This document shows, piece after piece, positions 37,719 through 47,509 of a stretch of 64,000 nt of DNA. Below the pieces are notes generated by a model, which had not been told where the DNA came from, made no database searches, and was given only the letters and a program-made list of their open reading frames with translations. Numbering within the stretch: the first letter of the stretch is position 1; every line of letters begins with the position of its first letter. The stretch spans positions 1 to 64,000 of the IMG/VR virus record IMGVR_UViG_3300025009_000009; one strand, given 5' to 3'. The DNA is from an uncultured virus (IMG/VR IMGVR_UViG_3300025009_000009). Its lineage: Duplodnaviria > Heunggongvirae > Uroviricota > Caudoviricetes. A program made the position numbers and the translations under genes.

Positions 37719-37781
37719 TTTTTCTCCTTTTTTATATCAGTTTCACAGGAAGTGGAGTACTTCATTGGTTTATACCAAAGG

Positions 37782-38411
37782 TTATTCCTGATATTTATTA
37801 CTTTTTCTTAAATTATCTATAGCAAATAATGGTTGTAAATTAGTATAGTGAAAACATTTCTTCTGTTCTTCTTCATTTGTTAAATCAAATTTACTAATTG
37901 GTTTAATATGATCTATATGCCAAACTATTCCTCTATTTTCCCATGTCATCCCTTCCTTAAATTGTTTTTCTAAATATATTTTTAATTCTTCAATTGTACA
38001 TCCAACCAATTCCATAGTTTTTTTATATTTTCTAGTACCTTTTAAAACTTTATTTATTTTTGTACGAATTAACCACATAAATCTATATTCAGGATCAGAA
38101 TGATATCTTTGGTTAACATATCTTCTCTTATAATCTCTAACCTTCTCTATATTATTTAATCGCCAATTTTTATTTCTTATTTTTATTTTATCTTTATTTT
38201 TTAAATATCTCTCATGACTTTTAATCTTTTTTTCTTCTTCAGTCAATTTAATTTTTTCTTTTTTTGGTTTTCTATTTTTTTCTAAATAAATTTTCCTTTC
38301 TATTTTTCTACATTCTTTACAATCATTTCTTAAACCATCTTTGGATGAAGTTTTTTTACCAAATTCATTTAACTCTTTATCTTTTTTACATTTTGTACAA
38401 ATTTTTCCCAT
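37782..38411 (-). CDS. Free-standing HNH endonuclease with Zn finger
   Basis: CTKC..CKEC; WHIDHIKP..HYTNLQPL..N. Confidence 0.88.
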   Translation of the reverse strand: MGKICTKCKKDKELNEFGKKTSSKDGLRNDCKECRKIERKIYLEKNRKPKKEKIKLTEEEKKIKSHERYLKNKDKIKIRNKNWRLNNIEKVRDYKRRYVNQRYHSDPEYRFMWLIRTKINKVLKGTRKYKKTMELVGCTIEELKIYLEKQFKEGMTWENRGIVWHIDHIKPISKFDLTNEEEQKKCFHYTNLQPLFAIDNLRKSNKYQE

Positions 38412-38420
38412 TTTTATCTC

Positions 38421-40025
38421 TTAATCCAAATATATACTAGTAGCAAAATATTTAATAAATGCAGAACTAAATCCGGCAAAGTTCGGACTTGAATAAGTTA
38501 CTTGACCAGCAGACACATCAAATGTAATTCCTGATACATCACCAGAATGGTTGGCATCTAAAACCCATGTACCATTTTTATTAACTAAATTTAATTTAAA
38601 CATTTGATAATAATCAACAGTAGCATCAACGAAAACATATGCTAGTATTTCAACACAATGAGTATCAACATGAAAATTCATACCTAATACGTTAGTGTTT
38701 GTTTGATTATTTTGTAAATTAGCTACTCCAGTTTTTTGTTTTGCATATTTCCAAGTTTGTGTTCCTGAGATTTCTGGATTAGTATAAGTTTTATTTGTTA
38801 ATTCTTGAGTATCACTTGTTCCTACAATACTTCCTGTTACACCATGAACACCACTTGAAGGATCATCAACTTCAGCACCGTGTTCAAAGTTAGTAAAAGT
38901 ATTATTATCAGCATCCATAGTTTTATTTGTTAAAGTTTGGTTATCATCTTTACCAACTATGTCTGAGGTAGTTCCATGTGTTGTTGTATCTAAAATGTGA
39001 TTATTCAAATCACTTGCAACAGTTCCAGTATTACCAGATACTGTAGCAATTGCTGCATCTAAATCATCTAACACATCTTGTACGTTAGAAGAATTACTAT
39101 ATGTAAATTCATCTATTGTACTTATAGCTGAAGCATCATGAGCATCTGTTACATTAGTTATGTGATTGCTTAAATTAGTTCCAACGGTACTTACAGCACC
39201 TTCAGCGGTTTCTAACCTTCCCTCAACCTCATCTATAGCATCTTGTACATCGGTCGCTACAAGCCCAGAAACAGCGTTATCGTAGGTTATCTCACTAGCT
39301 TGGTCATGATTAGCAATAGCATCGTTGATCGCTTTATAGATACAAGCGGACGTTGCTATATGGGTTTCATTGTTAATCAACCCTGTCGTTGCTGTATCCA
39401 ATATACTACTCTTTATATTTGTAGTATTTATATTACTAATTGTGCTGTTATCAGCATTTATAGTTTTGTTAGTTAATGTTTGGTTATCGTCTTTACCAAC
39501 AATATCACTAGTTACACCATGTGTTGTCTTATCTAATTCATGATTTGAAAGATCTGTTGCTACGTTACCTATGTTTGTTTCTGCTGTACCTAGTCTTCCT
39601 TCAACTTCATCTATTGCAGCTTGAACATCTGTGGCTACTAATCCAGAAACTGCATTATCATAAGATATTTCACTAGCTTGATCTTTTGTTGCAATAGCAT
39701 CAGCTAAAGCTTTGTAAATAGAAGCTGATGTTGCTAAATGTGTTTCGTTGTTGATTAGACCTGTTGTTGCTGTGTCTAATATTGAAGTCTTTATGTTTGT
39801 GGTATTTATGTTAGTTATTGTACTAGTATCAGCATTTATTGTTTTATTTGTTAGTGTTTGAGTTTGTGTATCGGTAATTATTTCTCTATCAGCACCATTT
39901 ATATGTACTTTTATCTTTTCATTATTTTGATTATAAAGATTACCTTCAGAAGATTTATCATATGTTCTAGACGTTAGTTCTTTAACTAATATAATACCTT
40001 TAATCCATGCCCATGCTTTTTTCAT
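38421..40025 (-). CDS. Fibre-like virion protein with 126-aa tandem duplication
   Basis: QTLTNKT repeats; ASEI.YDNAVSGLVATDVQ.AIDEV twice. Confidence 0.7.
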   Translation of the reverse strand: MKKAWAWIKGIILVKELTSRTYDKSSEGNLYNQNNEKIKVHINGADREIITDTQTQTLTNKTINADTSTITNINTTNIKTSILDTATTGLINNETHLATSASIYKALADAIATKDQASEISYDNAVSGLVATDVQAAIDEVEGRLGTAETNIGNVATDLSNHELDKTTHGVTSDIVGKDDNQTLTNKTINADNSTISNINTTNIKSSILDTATTGLINNETHIATSACIYKAINDAIANHDQASEITYDNAVSGLVATDVQDAIDEVEGRLETAEGAVSTVGTNLSNHITNVTDAHDASAISTIDEFTYSNSSNVQDVLDDLDAAIATVSGNTGTVASDLNNHILDTTTHGTTSDIVGKDDNQTLTNKTMDADNNTFTNFEHGAEVDDPSSGVHGVTGSIVGTSDTQELTNKTYTNPEISGTQTWKYAKQKTGVANLQNNQTNTNVLGMNFHVDTHCVEILAYVFVDATVDYYQMFKLNLVNKNGTWVLDANHSGDVSGITFDVSAGQVTYSSPNFAGFSSAFIKYFATSIYLD

Positions 40026-40046
40026 TATGTAATTCCTTTAAATGTA

Positions 40047-40715
40047 TTATACTGAAATTATTGATTTGGCAAAAAACTTTAATAAAGAAGCGTGAGATCC
40101 AACTTCTCCACTTAAAACTTCTGGATTATAGGTTATTGTACCAGAAGAATTTATATCAAATTCAACCTTAGCATCACCTAATCTTCTTTGGGCTAATACC
40201 CAACCTTGAAGTGAGTAGTTTCCAGAAAGGACACCACTCTCTACTAATTCAATATCAAACTTACCACCAACATCAGAACCATTAAATGTTGAAAGAATAC
40301 TAAAAGATGTTGCATTTATTCTAGTAATAACAAATGTACTGTCTATGTTTGAAGTATCTGTTATTGTTACAGTATCACCGTTGTTTAGATTGTGATTATA
40401 TGAAAGTACCACAATTGTGGTAACTCCATTACCAGTATAGGAAGTTATTTCTTTAGTAATCCGTCTTGATATGTTATATGGAGCTTCAAATGATCTAACT
40501 GTTGAAGAATTGAAATGGAATGTTATTATTTCTTTAGCTCCAGAAGTATTTAGTATTGTTTCTGAAGTTTCAATAATGTCATCTGGACCTTGGAGTGTAT
40601 TTAATGCATCAATAATTGCATTTATTATATCAGCTTGTTCCTCACCCCAAGGAGCATTCTCACCTTGAAGTGGTAGGTTATAAGTCTTATTATTAATATA
40701 TACGATTTTAGACAT
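40047..40715 (-). CDS. Virion protein immediately after capsid gene
   Basis: Paralogous beta-domain with inserted HNL..GDTVTI module. Confidence 0.6.
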   Translation of the reverse strand: MSKIVYINNKTYNLPLQGENAPWGEEQADIINAIIDALNTLQGPDDIIETSETILNTSGAKEIITFHFNSSTVRSFEAPYNISRRITKEITSYTGNGVTTIVVLSYNHNLNNGDTVTITDTSNIDSTFVITRINATSFSILSTFNGSDVGGKFDIELVESGVLSGNYSLQGWVLAQRRLGDAKVEFDINSSGTITYNPEVLSGEVGSHASLLKFFAKSIISV

Positions 40716-40740
40716 TTGTTTTCCTTGATGTTATTATATA

Positions 40741-40756
40741 CATTAATACTTGATAA
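40741..40756 (-). promoter_or_regulatory. Late-promoter-like motif
   Basis: TTATCAAGTATTAATG. Confidence 0.7.
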
Positions 40757-40782
40757 GATTAAATAAATACTGGAAATTAGAT

Positions 40783-40825
40783 AAAAAAAAGGGAGAGCAG
40801 AACGCCCCCCCCCCCCCCCCCCCCC
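40783..40825 (-). terminator. Probable terminator after capsid gene, one arm read as G21
   Basis: G21-CGTTCTGCTCTCCC-T8 on minus strand. Confidence 0.5.
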
Positions 40826-40852
40826 TAAAGGTAGGATAACTGTTTGTTATAA

Positions 40853-41941
40853 TTAGTTAACGATACCAGTGAATACGATATTGCGTCCTAAAGCATTACA
40901 GAAAATTGCTAAGTCACAATAAGTACGATATTCAATACCGTTTTGATTTTCAAGAACAATTAACATTTCTTCATTTTTTCCTGGAAGATTGAAAGTAATA
41001 TCAGAAGATCCAACTCTTTCAAAAGATTCAAGGTCAAGTCCGAAAGCTATTCCTTCTTTAACATAAGTACAGCTAATGATTTCAATCAAACCATTTTGGC
41101 TATGAAATACGATAGTTTGTGAACCATTCTCATATTTCTTGACATCATAAGACTCATCAAATAGTCTTTTTGCTGTTTGTTCATTTAACAAATCAGACCA
41201 TGTTTTAGGATTAACGAAAAGAGAAATCTTTCCTTCAAGTCCTTTAGCTACTGCATCAGCAATACCATCAGAAATTTTTTCGAATGATAAAGCTCCACCT
41301 ACTGGATAAACGTTACCTGTCCATAAGCTGTAATCAGTAGAAACACCAAAAATGTTACCAGTAGTAGTTGTTAACATTTTATAGATACCCATAAATTCGT
41401 TACCCTTAGCACCATGCTCATAAATAACTAGTTCATCACCAGCTAATTTAGAAGCTTTCAAAGTAGCTAAGTTATCACCTACAGCAGAAGCCATATCAAC
41501 ATAAAGTCTTTTGTTTCTGATATCAACTTTAGTAATTTTGATAATAGTAGTGTTCATTGCTGAATCAGTTAGATTATAAATATCTAACTTCATTTTCTCA
41601 CCACCAACCCAAATTCCAGGTGCCCATTCAGCTACTGTAATATCAAAATAAGCAGAAGCATCATCAACAACACTTATAGTAGCCAATCCAGATTGACCAT
41701 AGAAACATTGGTATTCATGCTTCTTATAAGTTGAATTTAAAAGGTTACGAACAACATGTTTTGTTGCTTTACCGTAAGCAGCAGCATCATTAATGGAACG
41801 TGAAATAGCTGCGAATGATAATTGGGCTTTCAATATCATTTCACAACCTTTTACTGTTGCTTCTTTAGTAGCTCCTGAAATTGCATCTTTTAAAGTTACA
41901 ATTTCTCCAGAATCACCGTTGTAAGAAACTCCGTGCTCTAA
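40853..41941 (-). CDS. Major capsid protein, exon 2
   Basis: After scaffold; joins exon 1 in frame to give 418 aa (..TINLG|LEHGVSY..). Confidence 0.8.
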   Translation of the reverse strand, partial: LEHGVSYNGDSGEIVTLKDAISGATKEATVKGCEMILKAQLSFAAISRSINDAAAYGKATKHVVRNLLNSTYKKHEYQCFYGQSGLATISVVDDASAYFDITVAEWAPGIWVGGEKMKLDIYNLTDSAMNTTIIKITKVDIRNKRLYVDMASAVGDNLATLKASKLAGDELVIYEHGAKGNEFMGIYKMLTTTTGNIFGVSTDYSLWTGNVYPVGGALSFEKISDGIADAVAKGLEGKISLFVNPKTWSDLLNEQTAKRLFDESYDVKKYENGSQTIVFHSQNGLIEIISCTYVKEGIAFGLDLESFERVGSSDITFNLPGKNEEMLIVLENQNGIEYRTYCDLAIFCNALGRNIVFTGIVN

Positions 41942-42820
41942 CATATTGTTATTACTAGCTTTTGATGCTAGTAAGTTTGAGTAATCAAACTCTCAGTTTT
42001 ATCTATTTTATAACTGAGATCAGAAACAACTTGAATTTTATAAAGCATATCAGGATGAATATAATCTTTTATTAAATTAATAAATCTTTCTTTATCTTCT
42101 TTTTTTCCAATTCTAATATAAGGATAAAAATTATGTTCAAGATATACTTTACTATGAATATTAAATTTTTCTAATAATAAATTAGAAAGTTTAATAACAT
42201 CTTCTTTTGGAAATCCACCTAAAGAAAATTTAAAAGCTTTTAGTTTTCCTTTATGACTTTCTTTTGAACCATCGTCCATAAAAAGTATAGCTAAAGAAAT
42301 TTCATTAAAATGTTTTAGAACATAATCAGTTATTCTTTTTTTACCATCAACAATCATTCTATAATATAAAGAAGTAAATTTATGATGTACAGTTGTCCAA
42401 AATCTATAAAAATTTTGTCTTTTTCCCGAAGGTGATGTCATAGATTTAGCTAAACACATTTTACTTCCAACACCATATTCTGTTGATATCAAATCTAATT
42501 TCCATTTACCATAATCTTTTTGTTTCTCACAATGACCAAAAAGTATATGTTTATTTTTTTTTCCAGCAAAAGAAGAATCTCCTAACAATGTCCCTATTAA
42601 AAACGCTTTTTTATTTTTCTTTAATTCCAACATTCGAACTCCCTATTGGGTTTCTTTTATTTTTTCAAGTTGACTTTCGCATCTTCTTTCGAAGTCCTTT
42701 CGTTAAGTCGTTCAGGCTGGTTTTACCCTTGCCCCTTGTTACCTTTATTATATTATAGAAAGGCTTCCAAGTCAATTAGAAAGGATTTTACTTGGGCTTA
42801 GATTGCACTATCTATTGTTA
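41942..42820 (-). ncRNA. Group I intron (879 nt) in major capsid gene
   Basis: P1 UUGGGU/GCCCAA with U.G, P10, P3 UCCUUUC/GAAAGGA, P7 GACUU/AAGUC, P8 CUUC-GAAA-GAAG, terminal G. Confidence 0.9.
41968..42633 (-). CDS. Intron-encoded double-motif LAGLIDADG homing endonuclease
   Basis: FLIGTLLGDSS and SLAILFMDDGS. Confidence 0.9.
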   Translation of the reverse strand: MLELKKNKKAFLIGTLLGDSSFAGKKNKHILFGHCEKQKDYGKWKLDLISTEYGVGSKMCLAKSMTSPSGKRQNFYRFWTTVHHKFTSLYYRMIVDGKKRITDYVLKHFNEISLAILFMDDGSKESHKGKLKAFKFSLGGFPKEDVIKLSNLLLEKFNIHSKVYLEHNFYPYIRIGKKEDKERFINLIKDYIHPDMLYKIQVVSDLSYKIDKTESLITQTY

Positions 42821-42988
42821 ACCCAAATTAATCGTATTCTTGTATTCCAATCCCATTCTTTTATTAGGTGATACGAAAGGTATCATCTTAGAAATCTTAA
42901 CACCTTCTGGTATTAAATCAGTTAATTCGCCATAAATGGATTTATGAAAACCATTTAGAGCTGCCATATCATTATGATTATAAGACAT
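42821..42988 (-). CDS. Major capsid protein, exon 1 (56 codons, not in ORF track)
   Basis: AAGGAG RBS; MSYNHNDMAALNGFHKSIYGELTDLIPEGVK...TINLG then TAA. Confidence 0.85.
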
Positions 42989-43145
42989 ATAGAAACTCCT
43001 TAATTTATTTAAAAAATATCATTTATAGACTACCTATAAATGAAAAACCTACTTTGTTTGTTAATTACTCTTTTTCTATTTCTGGTATTTCATAATCCAT
43101 CGTTGGGTATATGAAAATCATAATAAATACTAAAATAATAACCCA

Positions 43146-43161
43146 CATAAGTACTTGATAA
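43146..43161 (-). promoter_or_regulatory. Late-promoter-like motif upstream of capsid gene
   Basis: TTATCAAGTACTTATG. Confidence 0.65.
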
Positions 43162-43182
43162 TTATGTTGTACTAAGATAACA

Positions 43183-43208
43183 AAGGGTTACCTATTAGCT
43201 AGGTAACC
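43183..43208 (-). terminator. Hairpin/terminator after scaffold gene
   Basis: GGTTACCTA-loop-TAGGTAACC. Confidence 0.6.
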
Positions 43209-43219
43209 TGTTTAAATTA

Positions 43220-44170
43220 TTATATTTTACTCCAAAAATCTTTTTGTTCTATCGTTTTAAATTTTCGGTCAATAACTTCTTTATTTGGTTTACTTCCAGT
43301 ATCCTTTATACTATTACTAGTTGGTGGTGCTTCTTTTTTAACTGGTTCAGCTTTCTTTCTTTTCTTTATTATTTGTCCAACTTTATCTTCACCCAACAAT
43401 TTTTCAATAACTTCTAAAGGCATTACACTAGCTATCGATTTGATTTCATTTAGTATTTGATCTTTAACCAAAGGAACGATATCATTAAAACTAACATCAA
43501 TATTATTCTTCAATGCTATTCTCATATATCCAGTCATTCTATTAATAATCTCAGGATTCATTGGTAATTGATTCTTTTCAATAGCAGCCATCAAATCTCT
43601 TTGATATTCAGCAGCATATCTATCTTGTAGTGCTTTCATTTCAATTTCTTCAGCACGTTTTTTAGCTTTCTGTTCTTCTTCTTCCTTTTGTCTAAGCTTT
43701 TCTTGAAGTTCCATTAACTCTCTATCTTTTGGATCTAGTTGAGCTTTCTCTAATTTGTCATTCATTATCTTTTCAGAAAGTCCATCAATATCAATACCCA
43801 TTTTACGTAAAGCATTAGCTGTATCTTTTTGTAAATAGTTAAAGAAGTCTTGTAAATCCTTTTGTACCTTAGCATCTTTCTTTTCTAGTTCAGCAGCTTT
43901 TTGTGCTCTTTTCTGTGACATTTCAGCAAGTTGAACCATTCTAATTAGTTCTTCTTCGTTAGCTAAGTCAATTTGTTTTTCAATTTCTTTACCATCAACT
44001 TTAATGTTTAACTTTTTTAAAGTTGACTTAACTGCGTCTTTCATTTCAGGACTAGCTTCTGCTGGTTGTTCTGGTGCAGCTTCAACATTACCTTCTTCTG
44101 GTTGTACAACAGCTTCTACATTTTCTGCTGGTGCTTCTTGTGATGGTTGTTCTTGTGTTACTTCAGCCAT
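43220..44170 (-). CDS. Capsid scaffolding protein
   Basis: Acidic N-terminus, KVDGKEIE motif, helical; between portal and capsid; AAAGGA RBS before ATG 44170. Confidence 0.75.
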   Translation of the reverse strand: MAEVTQEQPSQEAPAENVEAVVQPEEGNVEAAPEQPAEASPEMKDAVKSTLKKLNIKVDGKEIEKQIDLANEEELIRMVQLAEMSQKRAQKAAELEKKDAKVQKDLQDFFNYLQKDTANALRKMGIDIDGLSEKIMNDKLEKAQLDPKDRELMELQEKLRQKEEEEQKAKKRAEEIEMKALQDRYAAEYQRDLMAAIEKNQLPMNPEIINRMTGYMRIALKNNIDVSFNDIVPLVKDQILNEIKSIASVMPLEVIEKLLGEDKVGQIIKKRKKAEPVKKEAPPTSNSIKDTGSKPNKEVIDRKFKTIEQKDFWSKI

Positions 44171-44278
44171 AAATTTTCCTTTGTTTACCATCCATATAGG
44201 ATAGGTGTATTATTTTCTCCATCGATAGTGATAGGAGAATGACGAGTAAATCTTTCGAAAAACTCGTCAAAATGTATA

Positions 44279-46330
44279 CTAACTATTTGATATATTTGTC
44301 ATTCCTTCATTTGCTGTTAATGGTGCATTTTCAAAACCTTCAGGCATTCTTGGCTTTTGTAATGTTGTATCTTGTTGATTCAATGCCTGTTCTACTGGTG
44401 GTAGATTTTGGGGTGCTTCCATTTGTGATGGTGATGTTGTCTGTCCTGGATTTGGTTGGGTTATTGGTTGAACTATCGGTTGAATACCCATAGCTTGTAA
44501 CAACATAGGATCTGTATTTTTCCAAGTTTGAATATGTTCATTGATATGAGTTAATACTAGATTAACTAACTCAGCATCAGATTTTAATATAGTATCATTC
44601 AATACACCTCTATGACATTGAATATGTTTGGGGTGATTTTCTATAGCTAATACAATAGGTTTTGTTCCCATTAAGAAACCTTCGTTTTCACCACGTATTA
44701 AAAATTCCTCTTTTACAATATCTTCTGTACCCATTTCTAATTTACCAGTATGTATAATTGTTATGTATTGTTCTGGGGTAAGTGTGCCATATTGAAGTAA
44801 ATTATCAGCCATTTGTGCTCTACCAGCAAGTGTATTAGTTAAAGGATTTGCAACATCAACAATAACTCTATTTATAGAACGTAGGTCTTCTCCTTTAAAT
44901 TCTTTCATATACGACCTTCCAGATTTACCAACAATAGCCGCAATTCTTGGAGAGTTAGCAAAATCTTGAAGTATTTCAATTAAACAAATACCGACATTTT
45001 CAATTAAGTAAATATATTCTTGTTGTAAACCCGACATAAATTGTATAGCATTAGTTTGTACCATAGCCAATGCTGATCCAGAACGTAAAGATGCTTCTGG
45101 ATTTCCTCTAGCTGTTGAATTTATAGCCGATAGAGTTTCCATATCTTTAACATAACGATCCATTAAATTATACAATTCAGGAGCTGTTTTTGTTAAGTTT
45201 AAAGCTTCAGGTTTAGCACCACCTTGAGGGTTATAATCCATGATACTTAAACCATTAGCTAATTGTGTGACATCAATATTTGATCCACTAGGATTTAATA
45301 TTGTTTGTACACCAAAAGCAACGTTGTTACTTAATGCTGCTGAATTTAAACTATTATGTGCGTCCTGTATTGATAGTAAATCAAATAAAGGACTATATCC
45401 TAATGGTGTTCCTAGTATTCTTCCTGGATAAATTGGGAATACAGGTATCCTCCTATATGGTAGTTCACCCTCATGGAGTATTGCTTCTTCAGAAACAAAT
45501 AACATATATTTACCTTCAGGCATTGCCTCACTACGCCTGTGATAAAACTCTAACACAGATATATCATCAGTTTCATCTCCACTATATAAACCAACACGTA
45601 CTCTTTTCGAATGATCTTTCGATTCTATAGCCATTATTTCTTTTTCTAAATGTGGATACTTAGCGATCAAGTCATATCTATTTTTAAATGATCTAGTTAT
45701 AATCCAATCGAAATCTCTACCTTCTTTGGAAAGATCCATAACAACATCTAAAGCTGATAGAACATTAAATTCAACATCACCTTCATACTGTGGATCTGGT
45801 ATTTCTACTTTCTCTCCATTTTCTTGTAGTTCTTTGTATTCTTGTATTTCTTTTTTATTAGTTACTTCACCTAACATACCATTCCAAGACATTTTCATCC
45901 AACCCAAAGATGTAGATAATGCATATTCACATGCCATCTTTAAGTATTCTTCTAGTTTCTTTTCTCTCATATAATAGTCAAGTAGACCATTTCCTAGATA
46001 TGTCTGTGTAACCGATTTAAAGTCTGTATTTACTGCTCTACATTCCATTGCCGGTCTAGTTGATGTTGTCATAGTCAACATATGTCTAGCTATGTTTCTG
46101 AGATGATTAACTACTATCTGAGCTAGTTCTCCATCTTCACCAGCAAACGTAATTTGATGAGCTTCACCTATTGAATTATAGTATCCACCATAATATGCAG
46201 CATATAAATCTCTAAGTTTATCCATGAATCCACAAGAGTTAAGTGATCTATCCCATGATTCAATTTTAGATAACAAAGCTGAAGCACATTCTTTTGATTC
46301 TCTTGCTGCAAAATATTTATTATTTTCCAT
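44279..46330 (-). CDS. Portal protein (P22-like)
   Basis: Size, position, VNHLRNIA..TSTRP, LLSIQDAHNSL, ARG..SGSAL; Q/P-rich tail. Confidence 0.8.
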   Translation of the reverse strand: MENNKYFAARESKECASALLSKIESWDRSLNSCGFMDKLRDLYAAYYGGYYNSIGEAHQITFAGEDGELAQIVVNHLRNIARHMLTMTTSTRPAMECRAVNTDFKSVTQTYLGNGLLDYYMREKKLEEYLKMACEYALSTSLGWMKMSWNGMLGEVTNKKEIQEYKELQENGEKVEIPDPQYEGDVEFNVLSALDVVMDLSKEGRDFDWIITRSFKNRYDLIAKYPHLEKEIMAIESKDHSKRVRVGLYSGDETDDISVLEFYHRRSEAMPEGKYMLFVSEEAILHEGELPYRRIPVFPIYPGRILGTPLGYSPLFDLLSIQDAHNSLNSAALSNNVAFGVQTILNPSGSNIDVTQLANGLSIMDYNPQGGAKPEALNLTKTAPELYNLMDRYVKDMETLSAINSTARGNPEASLRSGSALAMVQTNAIQFMSGLQQEYIYLIENVGICLIEILQDFANSPRIAAIVGKSGRSYMKEFKGEDLRSINRVIVDVANPLTNTLAGRAQMADNLLQYGTLTPEQYITIIHTGKLEMGTEDIVKEEFLIRGENEGFLMGTKPIVLAIENHPKHIQCHRGVLNDTILKSDAELVNLVLTHINEHIQTWKNTDPMLLQAMGIQPIVQPITQPNPGQTTSPSQMEAPQNLPPVEQALNQQDTTLQKPRMPEGFENAPLTANEGMTNISNS

Positions 46331-46343
46331 AAATCATCCTTAA

Positions 46344-47045
46344 TTAAGAAAACAAAGGTTTTTGAAAAGTTAAACCCCAAGCCGTATATACATCATTACC
46401 GTCTATTTTTCCACTAACTAATAAACCACCTGTCATTATTATTTTTATTTTATATCTTTCACCGCGATAGAAATCAAATTCTATAGCACAAGTTAATTGT
46501 GATACATTTTGTAAAGTATCTTTATAGTCTAAAACAAACCATTCTTCATCAGATTCTTCACCAACTTTAAATATACTTAACGTTACTGTACTAACATCAA
46601 GTAAAGATTTTAATTTCATTTGTAAGTCTAATAAATATATACCATCTCTAGGTATAACAAATTCGTCATTATCTGAATCATAATTACCATCTAAATCCCA
46701 AAGTACTCTAGATGATGTTACTGCGGTCCAAGAAGTTGATATGTTTTGATCTGTACCATTTTTATCAACAGCTAATGAAGAATAAAAATCAAAAGGATTC
46801 ATTCTATTCATATGTAGAATCGCCTTTTCATACGACAAATCTTCAACACCATCATTTAATATGACTGTACCATTTTCTAATCTAGTTAATACACTCTCAC
46901 TAGATAATAATTTGAACCATTGGTTTGATGGTACATCATATGATTCACCAGAAGGAATATCACTATTTAATATTTGTATAGTCTCTTCTGTATTATTTTT
47001 AAGTATCTTTTTCATCATAATCATACTGGAACCCTCGAAACCCAT
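46344..47045 (-). CDS. Virion protein with C1q-like domain (start uncertain)
   Basis: NYDSDNDEFVIPRDGIY. Confidence 0.55.
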   Translation of the reverse strand: MGFEGSSMIMMKKILKNNTEETIQILNSDIPSGESYDVPSNQWFKLLSSESVLTRLENGTVILNDGVEDLSYEKAILHMNRMNPFDFYSSLAVDKNGTDQNISTSWTAVTSSRVLWDLDGNYDSDNDEFVIPRDGIYLLDLQMKLKSLLDVSTVTLSIFKVGEESDEEWFVLDYKDTLQNVSQLTCAIEFDFYRGERYKIKIIMTGGLLVSGKIDGNDVYTAWGLTFQKPLFS

Positions 47046-47509
47046 AATGTTAAATCCATATCACTACAGTTAGTACCGTCATCTAAGTATTGAGCATATA
47101 CAACACTACCAGCATCAAAAGTATAATCTAGACCATTAACAAATCCATATCCATCGTTTGGGCTATCAACATCTAATGTATAAAAAATAGTTCCAGTTTT
47201 AGAAACTGATCTAAATTGTACTCTAAAAGATACATTTATAGTTTGATTAGACCAACTTATTTCGTTTATTTTGGTTTTAACAGCAAATACACAAAATGGT
47301 GTGTTTGGTAGTAATTCTGTTGGACCTAACCAATTATTATTACCAACAATACCGTTATATACACCTCTTATTCCTGCTCTAGGAAATCCTTCACCATATT
47401 GTTTAGATTCTTCTATTGCAGACTGAGTATCTGTGGAATTGAATCCATTTGTTGAATTATCAAATGGTGTAGATTTTGCTACTTGAGTTGGGTGTGTACG
47501 ATGTGTCAT
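47021..47509 (-). CDS. Virion/fibre-associated protein
   Basis: FDNSTNGFNSTDTQSAIEE fibre motif. Confidence 0.55.
   Translation of the reverse strand: MTHRTHPTQVAKSTPFDNSTNGFNSTDTQSAIEESKQYGEGFPRAGIRGVYNGIVGNNNWLGPTELLPNTPFCVFAVKTKINEISWSNQTINVSFRVQFRSVSKTGTIFYTLDVDSPNDGYGFVNGLDYTFDAGSVVYAQYLDDGTNCSDMDLTLWVSRVPV

Noticed and set aside
37720..38420. Intron around the HNH gene (likewise 9861-10523 and 47805-48333)
   Set aside because: Flanking genes have their own stops and starts, and no P3/P7 core was seen
39200..39860. DGR-type mutagenesis between fibre repeats
   Set aside because: Changes are mostly synonymous third positions and include T and C; AAY first and second positions are largely untouched
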